This document shows positions 1 through 6,669 of a stretch of 64,000 nucleotides of DNA, piece after piece. Position 1 is the first letter of the stretch. Every line of letters starts with the position of its first letter. Origin of the DNA: a virus (Duplodnaviria > Caudoviricetes); the IMG/VR virus record IMGVR_UViG_3300035208_002115; one strand, given 5' to 3'. A program made the translations under genes and the position numbers. Under the pieces are notes generated by a model. It searched no databases. It saw nothing but the letters and a program-made list of their open reading frames with translations, and had not been told where the DNA came from.

Positions 1-1
1 A

Positions 2-148
2 CAATCATTGGTTTTTAAATCGGAATGGATTCATGAAGATTTATTACATATTTTACGAGAAGAAGAACGCCAAAGAAAAAGGAAAGAACGTCAAGAAAAA
101 TTAAAAAATATATTTGATGATGAAAACGATGGTATTTGGGACGTTTGA
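2..148 (+). CDS. 5'-truncated small ORF ending in the RxxKLxxIF tag (...RQEKLKNIFDDENDGIWDV)
   Basis: Hand translation of frame 2: open from the window edge to TGA at 146-148. Not in the ORF track. Confidence 0.7.
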   Translation, partial: QSLVFKSEWIHEDLLHILREEERQRKRKERQEKLKNIFDDENDGIWDV

Positions 149-302
149 TTTAGTGTCATCACCATCACATAGTAATAGTAGAATATATCCGAAAGATGTG
201 TTTTTGAAGCATATAGAAGAATTAAATAGGCGCATTAATAGAGAGCAACGTAAAGAAAAAATTATTCAAATATTTGGCGATGAATTATTCGAAGGATGTT
301 AA
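114..302 (+). CDS. Tagged mini-protein with prohead-protease-like motifs (FDLVSSPS, NSRIYP)
   Basis: ORF track; ends RKEKIIQIFGDE; overlaps both neighbours. Confidence 0.7.
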   Translation: MMMKTMVFGTFDLVSSPSHSNSRIYPKDVFLKHIEELNRRINREQRKEKIIQIFGDELFEGC

Positions 303-450
303 AGATGAAGATATAATTTTAAGTGGTGATTATGTAACTTATCAAGACCATAAATTTGTTGTAGACAATGTTAATTATACACCCCGTCAGAGAAAAATTT
401 TGATAAGAAAAATGAAGTTGAATAAAATTTTTGGTTATGAATTTAAATGA
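280..450 (+). CDS. Tagged mini-protein (56 aa, ends RKMKLNKIFGYEFK)
   Basis: Hand translation ATG280-TGA450; below the ORF-track cutoff. Confidence 0.65.
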   Translation: MNYSKDVKDEDIILSGDYVTYQDHKFVVDNVNYTPRQRKILIRKMKLNKIFGYEFK

Positions 451-601
451 AAGTAAAATCGAGTTGTTAATGGACTTGCAGCGATACTGTGGTTTCGAGG
501 TGAATTTTATATTAAATCAACTTGGGTTAGTTTCACCAGAAGAAAAACGCTTTGAACGTAAAGAAAAACTTAAAGAAATATTTGGAAATGATTTTCAATA
601 A
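437..601 (+). CDS. Tagged mini-protein (54 aa) with gp23-like IELLMDL segment; ends RKEKLKEIFGNDFQ
   Basis: Hand translation ATG437-TAA601. Confidence 0.7.
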   Translation: MNLNESKIELLMDLQRYCGFEVNFILNQLGLVSPEEKRFERKEKLKEIFGNDFQ

Positions 602-788
602 AAAGGAATATGTTACAAGAGAGGAATACGAAAATTTATATGAACGACTTGAACAATGTATATCATATTCTGAACATCTTGCAAAAGCAATTAATGTGTT
701 ATATAAATCATTTGAAAGTATATTACCGCCAGAAAGACTTAAAATATTAAGAAAATCAAAAATAGAAGAAATATTTGATGCCGAATAG
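588..788 (+). CDS. Tagged mini-protein carrying one scaffold-like repeat (ISYSEHLAKAI); ends RKSKIEEIFDAE
   Basis: ORF 552..788; ATG at 588 preferred over the TTG. Confidence 0.7.
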   Translation: MIFNKKEYVTREEYENLYERLEQCISYSEHLAKAINVLYKSFESILPPERLKILRKSKIEEIFDAE

Positions 789-1032
789 TGGAATAACAAT
801 ATGGGGCAATAACACACTCACTCAAATAAGTGATTTATCGGATTATGGTTGTAATATGGAAACATATTTGACTGATATATTGACTGAAGAATTATCAAAA
901 GAAATTGATAAACAAATTATTGAAACCCTGATGAACGACCCCATATGGAAAGAAGAACGAGCAAGGATAATATTACGAGAAGAAAGAAATAAAAAAATTC
1001 AAGAAATCTTTGGTGATGATTTTACTGTGTAA
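775..1032 (+). CDS. Tagged mini-protein carrying a major-capsid-like segment; ends RNKKIQEIFGDDFTV
   Basis: TQISDL...LTDILTEELSKEIDKQII aligns by eye to this phage's MCP segment TQIEDI...LESVLINELTQTISKQIV. Confidence 0.75.
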   Translation: MMPNSGITIWGNNTLTQISDLSDYGCNMETYLTDILTEELSKEIDKQIIETLMNDPIWKEERARIILREERNKKIQEIFGDDFTV

Positions 1033-1036
1033 TTTT

Positions 1037-1504
1037 TTATTTAAATTTGTTAAATAATTTCTTAATAAGTGGTAAGTCATACCATTTTTCAACACCGTTT
1101 GGTGCTTCAGCATCATAATGTTTTCCGTTATAATATATCCACACATGATTTATCTCATCATTAACTTTATTAATATTAACTGGTGGATAACCCCAGTAAT
1201 CGAGCATGTTTTTACCCCAAATCCCATATTCGGTTTCAATAATATTATCCCAATTTTCTTTAGCGAATTCGGGGTCTCTATAATTAAAAAACATATCACC
1301 ACTTAATTCGAAAAGTGTTTTTGTATAACCACCCATTTTATTGATAATTTCACCTGCGAAATCATCACACATTCCATTATTTATATCCCAATTTGTACAA
1401 CTATTTTCTTCTCGGTATTCTTTAGATGTTTGTTTTATAAGTTTGGTTATATCAGGTGAAACATTTTCATTTAAAAAATCATTGAAATTGGTTTTAATAA
1501 ACAT
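1037..1504 (-). CDS. Hypothetical protein, possibly a papain-like Cys-His-Asp fold, with a capsid-targeting-like N-terminus
   Basis: INNGMCDDFA...HVWIYYNGKHYDAE; N-terminus KTNFNDFLNE; AATATATA upstream. Confidence 0.6.
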   Translation of the reverse strand: MFIKTNFNDFLNENVSPDITKLIKQTSKEYREENSCTNWDINNGMCDDFAGEIINKMGGYTKTLFELSGDMFFNYRDPEFAKENWDNIIETEYGIWGKNMLDYWGYPPVNINKVNDEINHVWIYYNGKHYDAEAPNGVEKWYDLPLIKKLFNKFK

Positions 1505-1551
1505 ATCTCTTAAATATTTTTTATTATATATTAAAATTTTGAAATTATAAT

Positions 1552-1559
1552 TAACTTTG
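1552..1559 (+). promoter_or_regulatory. Bacteroidota-type -7 promoter element TAACTTTG
   Basis: Matches TAnnTTTG just upstream of ORF 1564. Confidence 0.5.
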
Positions 1560-1563
1560 TAAT

Positions 1564-1758
1564 ATGAATATATTAGAGCAACAATCTTTAGGTCGTGTAA
1601 TAAGAACCCAGAAAAAAATAATAATTAATAGTGTATATGGTGGTTCATCTATGAAATACCCAGTATCTATTACAATGGTGTTTCCACGCAAAAGCTATAC
1701 GAGAAAACTAAAATTAGAAAAAATATTTCCAGAGTTTAAAAATGAAAAACACAAATAG
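1564..1758 (+). CDS. Tagged mini-protein with helicase motif VI-like (QSLGRVIR) and PolB motif B-like (KIIINSVYG) segments
   Basis: ORF track; ends RKLKLEKIFPEF. Confidence 0.7.
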   Translation: MNILEQQSLGRVIRTQKKIIINSVYGGSSMKYPVSITMVFPRKSYTRKLKLEKIFPEFKNEKHK

Positions 1759-1891
1759 CAATAAAATAGTTGAATTATATTTAGAATTTAAACAAAAACA
1801 TCCAGAATATTTTAATTATTTAATGGGATTAATTAAACGGAATGAACGTAGTGATAAGTTAAAAGAAATATTTGATGATAAATTAAAATAA
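1742..1891 (+). CDS. Tagged mini-protein (49 aa, ends RSDKLKEIFDDKLK)
   Basis: Hand translation ATG1742-TAA1891. Confidence 0.65.
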   Translation: MKNTNSNKIVELYLEFKQKHPEYFNYLMGLIKRNERSDKLKEIFDDKLK

Positions 1892-1922
1892 AAAAAGGAG
1901 AACAAATGTTCTCCTTTTTCTT
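1891..1922. terminator. Bidirectional intrinsic terminator between convergent genes
   Basis: aaaaaaggagaaca-aa-tgttctcctttttc hairpin with A/T tails downstream of the MCP. Confidence 0.8.
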
Positions 1923-1939
1923 ATTTTGAATATTAAAGA

Positions 1940-3577
1940 TTAGATTAATACACCATTAGTGTCAGTTACGTGGATAGCCATGAATTGTTTTTCTGGGAAG
2001 AAACCAATATCAGCGATAGCATAACGGCTACGAATCATCATTCTTGGAGCCCAGGTTGCTTCAGAGATTAAGCTGATGCTTTGAGCCATCAAGTAAGGAA
2101 GGAAGATAAGACCGGGTTGGTCTACTGAGTTCTTACGTCCTAAGAAGACACGGTTGTCATTCCATGTTTGATAAGGGTCAACATAGATAGCTATTTGTCC
2201 AAGGTTACCCATTGGATAAAGCTGACCATTAGTGTTCAATTTTGACATTGCAGGTGGGTTAAGGGTGTAAGTTGATACATCCTGTAAAACAGAAGCAATA
2301 TTACCATTAGTAACAAGGTACTGAGCTGGGCCAACCCTACCATCAGTAGCGATGAAGCTAGATGCATTGTTGATTTTAGCAACAAGTTTTCTCTGAACTG
2401 AGTGAGTAGTTTCACCACCAGGAGCAACACCACCAAGATAAGCAGTAACATCGAAGTCAAACTTAGCTGTTGGTACAGTAACTCTGGTTCTTGCCAATTC
2501 AGCAAGTTCAGTAATTTTAGCAACAATCTGTTTAGAAATAGTCTGAGTTAACTCATTGATTAAAACAGATTCTAATTTCTGAACGATGTCCATACCAGTA
2601 GATGCTTTTATATCTTCAATCTGAGTACGTTTTAAAGCACTTGTGATTTCGATATCACCAACCTGTACGGTTTTGGTGCTTACATCTGGGCCAATTACAC
2701 CGGGATATGTATGTTCGTCTGTGTCACGGTTCATACCTGTGTTTAAATTCCAACCAGCAACGAAACCCGGAATGTGGTCTTCCATTAATGATACTAAGTC
2801 AACATTAGCTTCAGTCAATCCTGTTAATGCTGATAATGCATCAGCAACAACAACATCCCAACCAAATGTATTTTTAGTAGCATCGAAAATAGGTTCAACA
2901 CCACCTAATTGAGGAACTGCAACCTGACGGAATGTACGAAACATTGGAAGTCCGTCAACTTTTGAAAATCCAAGAAATTCAAGGATGCCAGTTTTTGTAG
3001 CAGGTTCAACATCATATGTAGCTGTGTTAGCAGCATAGTTGTAGAACATACGAGCAGTCATACCACCAATTCTTTCGATGATAGCACCTGCTGGACGAGC
3101 AGCCATTTGACCTCTAAGAGCAGCAGCTAAAATAGCAGTTTCAGTAGAATCATTTCCAGCAACTTTGAAAACCAAAGGTTTATCAAGTGATTCGTCATTA
3201 TTATTATCGTATTTGAAATCTACGAACAATAAATCAATTTTAGGTGAAGCAGTAGGTTTAACAGCTATTAAATCAAGACCAATAGTCTGAGCTGCGATTT
3301 TCATAGAAACAGGAAGTAAATTCTGTCCAATATCACCAGAACCATCAGTTCCACCACCCCATACCTGACCGGGTACGTTAGATGGCTGTGGACTTACAAT
3401 AGCACCCATACCATTTAAGTTACCAAGTGTTGAGTAACCAACGTTTTCATTCATCTGATGCATTTCTGCATATTCAGAAAGCCATGCTCTTTTGTCAGGG
3501 TCTTTAATACCAAGTTCTTCTAAAACTGGTAACCATTTTTTTTCAGCTTTCGCTATATCAACATTATAATTTAACAT
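1940..3577 (-). CDS. gp23: Major capsid protein, T4 gp23-like
   Basis: KKWLPVLE, AAQTIGLDLIAVKP, IYVDPY, PGLIFLPY, PRMMIRSRYA motifs; lies next to protease and portal. ATG at 3577 preferred because the track start 3646 lies upstream of the late-promoter motif. Confidence 0.93.
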   Translation of the reverse strand: MLNYNVDIAKAEKKWLPVLEELGIKDPDKRAWLSEYAEMHQMNENVGYSTLGNLNGMGAIVSPQPSNVPGQVWGGGTDGSGDIGQNLLPVSMKIAAQTIGLDLIAVKPTASPKIDLLFVDFKYDNNNDESLDKPLVFKVAGNDSTETAILAAALRGQMAARPAGAIIERIGGMTARMFYNYAANTATYDVEPATKTGILEFLGFSKVDGLPMFRTFRQVAVPQLGGVEPIFDATKNTFGWDVVVADALSALTGLTEANVDLVSLMEDHIPGFVAGWNLNTGMNRDTDEHTYPGVIGPDVSTKTVQVGDIEITSALKRTQIEDIKASTGMDIVQKLESVLINELTQTISKQIVAKITELAELARTRVTVPTAKFDFDVTAYLGGVAPGGETTHSVQRKLVAKINNASSFIATDGRVGPAQYLVTNGNIASVLQDVSTYTLNPPAMSKLNTNGQLYPMGNLGQIAIYVDPYQTWNDNRVFLGRKNSVDQPGLIFLPYLMAQSISLISEATWAPRMMIRSRYAIADIGFFPEKQFMAIHVTDTNGVLI

Positions 3578-3653
3578 AATATTTTTAATTTTTTTTTTGT
3601 CTTTTGTAGTCTTATATATTATCGCTAAAAAGCGACTTTTTTCCATATTTAGA

Positions 3654-6059
3654 CTATTTCAAGTTTTTAAACACTGAGATGTATCGGTTGACAGCATCTT
3701 CAGTCAATTTCTCGTTATCCACGAACTTTACGTTTTCGTTCATGACTTTTTTTTCATTTACACTAACTAACCTTTCTATTCCTCTACTATTCCAGAAACT
3801 TTCGAATTTTGCATCTGAGTTCAGATTGTAAAGTTTAGACTGTGCGATAATGCTATTTTGTGTTTTAGCATCCAATTGTTCCCAAACAGGTTTTAAATCG
3901 CTTGGTATTTTTTCAACTAATACTTCTGCAAAAGATTTTTTGCTTTCAGTAAGTGCATCACGAATAATTCTTAAAACATCAGCTTCAGAAGTGTATTTGC
4001 TTTCGTTCATAGCAACTTTTATTTTTTCCTTATCTTCTGATGAAAGAGCTATCCAATCAGCTTTTCTTGCTTCACTCAAAAACAATAAAAAGTGAGGCTG
4101 TTCTTCTTCTGAAGCTTTACGTTTTTTACTTTCAGAAATTAGACTTTTAATATTATTTAATAAATCCTCTTGGTCTTTAATTACTTTATCACCAATGAAT
4201 TTTACTCTTGATTCTTGTACTTCTTGTACTTCTTCAACGTCATCCATTTTTACAACTACGATACCGTTTTGGACATTTGTGGCAATAACTTCACCAGTTT
4301 TGTCGTCATCGACTTTAACTATCATACCCGGTAATATCATACCTGCTACGTTTTCACCATCTTGAACCTGTGTTTGTGCTTGTGGGTCTTGAACCTGTGT
4401 TTGTGCTTGTGGTTCTTGAACCTGTGGTTCTTCCTGAGTCTGTACATCAGTTTCAGTGTCAGTTGTAATGTTAAGTTGTCCAGCATCACCAGTAGCATCA
4501 GCAGCAGCATCACCAGCAACCAAAGGCTGTTCTGTAATACCATCTTCTACTTGTACGGGTTCTTCGCTTGTTTCATCTTCATAATAAGAATCAACGTTGT
4601 CAACTTTCATATTACCCATTCTCTGTTCAGGTGAATCAACATTTTCGTTTATTTTTCCACCTTTAATTTGTTCAGAAATATATTTTTGATATTCAATATT
4701 TTTATCTAAAGATTCAGCAATATAATTTGTGTATGCCTGAGTATCAGTTAAATTTTCAGCAATATATTCAGCATATGCAATTGAATTATCAAGATGTTCA
4801 GCTACGTATTCGCTATAACGAATAGAGTTATCAACGTTTTCAGCAAGATATTCTGAGTATGCGATTGAGTTATCAACGTTTTCAGCAAGATATTCTGAGT
4901 ATGCGATTGAGTTATCAACGTTTTCAGCAAGATATTCTGAATATTCAATATTTTTATCAAGATTTTCAGCAAGATATTCTGAATATACAATAGCATTGTC
5001 AAGGTTTTCACCTAAATAATCAGCAAATTGAATGGTTTTATCAACATGTTCAGCAATATATTCTGAGAAATCAATACTATTACTCAATGTTTCAGCTATA
5101 TACTGGCTATAATTAATACTATCATCTAACTTTTCAGCTAAGTATTTAGAATAATCAATAGATTTGTTAAGATTTTCAGCTAAATAATCATTATGTTTAA
5201 CAAGATTATCAGTTGTAGTTTTTAACGTTTTGTTTTCGTTTACAAGAATTTGAATATTTTCAGCTAAATAATCTAAATAACTTGCCACTTTTGTGAAAGA
5301 TGAATTTAGATTAGCATAATACTCAGATAATTCTTCAACTTTTTCGGGAGATTCCTTACCTTCTTTGATGGTTTTTTCAAGTTCTTCTTTTATTTTACTC
5401 ATTTCCCCAGTTAAATAGGTAGAGTATTCTTCCATCTGTGTTTTTGTTACAGCATCATTATTGTTCATAGTAAATAATTCATTTATTTTTGTTTCATCGT
5501 CAACGGGAAAAATTCTAAAATTTGCATTTTCATTTGTATACCCTAACGATTCATTTAAAGACATTTTTGCAGAAGCAAATCCCGGGTCAGCAACGGCATC
5601 ATAAGTAAAAAGTTTTTTAATTGTAACTTCACCATTAGATTCGGTCACACCTGCTGCACGAGATGATACAAAAAGAGGGCATTCATCCTCGACTAAAGCT
5701 CTGGCTTCTTTACCCCATTGTGTGGTCAATAATCTTATTGAACCTTCTATAATATTTTTTTCTTGATTAAATGTAGCACTCTCAACTGTGTGTGAGACTC
5801 TGCGTAAAGACGTATCGAAAACATCAGGATGGTCGAATTCACCATATATAACTCCTAATTGTTTTTTTCTTGCCAATAATTCATTAAGATGTGGTAGAAA
5901 TTTGTCTGCGGTATAGATTCTTTCATTACGATTTTTTATATTAAATTCAGTAAATGTTCCAGATAATATAAATTTTTTAGTTGAAAGCGAAGCTTGTTCG
6001 TTAATCATTAATCCACTATTACAATGTTCCACAATCAAAATAGGTTTGAGTTTTTCCAT
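3654..6059 (-). CDS. gp21: Prohead core protease (gp21-like) fused to a repeat-rich scaffold domain
   Basis: NRNERIY, GEFDHP, VSH, VSSRAAG, YDAVADPG motifs, followed by 14-aa helical repeats and an acidic/Q-rich linker. Confidence 0.9.
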   Translation of the reverse strand: MEKLKPILIVEHCNSGLMINEQASLSTKKFILSGTFTEFNIKNRNERIYTADKFLPHLNELLARKKQLGVIYGEFDHPDVFDTSLRRVSHTVESATFNQEKNIIEGSIRLLTTQWGKEARALVEDECPLFVSSRAAGVTESNGEVTIKKLFTYDAVADPGFASAKMSLNESLGYTNENANFRIFPVDDETKINELFTMNNNDAVTKTQMEEYSTYLTGEMSKIKEELEKTIKEGKESPEKVEELSEYYANLNSSFTKVASYLDYLAENIQILVNENKTLKTTTDNLVKHNDYLAENLNKSIDYSKYLAEKLDDSINYSQYIAETLSNSIDFSEYIAEHVDKTIQFADYLGENLDNAIVYSEYLAENLDKNIEYSEYLAENVDNSIAYSEYLAENVDNSIAYSEYLAENVDNSIRYSEYVAEHLDNSIAYAEYIAENLTDTQAYTNYIAESLDKNIEYQKYISEQIKGGKINENVDSPEQRMGNMKVDNVDSYYEDETSEEPVQVEDGITEQPLVAGDAAADATGDAGQLNITTDTETDVQTQEEPQVQEPQAQTQVQDPQAQTQVQDGENVAGMILPGMIVKVDDDKTGEVIATNVQNGIVVVKMDDVEEVQEVQESRVKFIGDKVIKDQEDLLNNIKSLISESKKRKASEEEQPHFLLFLSEARKADWIALSSEDKEKIKVAMNESKYTSEADVLRIIRDALTESKKSFAEVLVEKIPSDLKPVWEQLDAKTQNSIIAQSKLYNLNSDAKFESFWNSRGIERLVSVNEKKVMNENVKFVDNEKLTEDAVNRYISVFKNLK
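4690..5200 (-). repeat. Coding tandem repeat, 42-bp/14-aa unit (IAYSEYLAENVDNS), about 12 copies of which about 3 are near-identical
   Basis: gagttatcaacgttttcagcaagatattctga recurs with a 42-nt period at about 4824-4940. Confidence 0.9.
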
Positions 6060-6224
6060 AGAATGATATACTTATTTTTTTTGTAGTTTTGTAAGTATAT
6101 ATTTTATTCGAAAAGCGTTATTTTTCTATTTTGATAATAATGTAATATTGACTTTAAATAAACCAGTTTGATTTAAATGATATTTTTTAAATTTTTTTAA
6201 TATATATTAAAAAAAATAAAAGGT

Positions 6225-6482
6225 ATGATGCATATTAAATTATTCGAAGAATATCATAATGGCGTTAATTTGCTTGTGAAATTTCATGATTATGATATTT
6301 ACATCAAAGCAGTTGAATATTTCAAAACAAAAAGTGATTTTATGCCTGATGATTATAATTCTGAATTTAGAAGTATTTCATTCTTTTGCACAGACCAAGA
6401 AGATGCTGATACGACAGAAATTGTTATAAGTGAAGCATTAGACAATGAAGGTATCAATGGATATTATTTTGAATCTGAATAA
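6225..6482 (+). CDS. Small protein with a capsid-targeting-like N-terminus (MHIKLFEEY)
   Basis: ORF track; AATATATA upstream. Confidence 0.65.
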   Translation: MMHIKLFEEYHNGVNLLVKFHDYDIYIKAVEYFKTKSDFMPDDYNSEFRSISFFCTDQEDADTTEIVISEALDNEGINGYYFESE

Positions 6483-6661
6483 AAATTTATAAATTCATTA
6501 GAAAGAGGAATTTTTTTTTCATTAACATATAAAAACCCCTCTTTATATTTTATTTCCTCGTAACTGAAATATTTTGTATCACGAAGTCCATTTATTCCTA
6601 AACTTTTAACCAACTCAATATTATCTTTATTGATAATATATACTAACCTAATTTCCATCAT
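6464..6661 (-). CDS. Hypothetical protein downstream of the portal
   Basis: ORF track; co-oriented with the portal. Confidence 0.5.
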   Translation of the reverse strand: MMEIRLVYIINKDNIELVKSLGINGLRDTKYFSYEEIKYKEGFLYVNEKKIPLSNEFINFYSDSK

Positions 6662-6669
6662 ATGTATTG

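Noticed and set aside
2-450. FKSEW (ORF 2) as gp23 LKAxW, and IILSG (ORF 280) as gp21 FILSG
   Set aside because: Too short to distinguish from chance, so they are not counted as mimic fragments.
114-1758. Mini-ORF motifs as remnants of one decayed head or replication operon
   Set aside because: The ORFs are intact and coupled, each ends in the tag, and the motifs are permuted or drawn from different genes; simple decay would not produce this.
4800-4990. 42-bp direct repeats resembling a CRISPR array
   Set aside because: The units are contiguous, have no unique spacers and are in frame within the scaffold domain; no cas genes are present.
2236-5011. Short alternative-frame or antisense ORFs inside the capsid and protease genes (and similar ones elsewhere)
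   Set aside because: They are fully nested in well-supported genes, with no motifs or expression signals.
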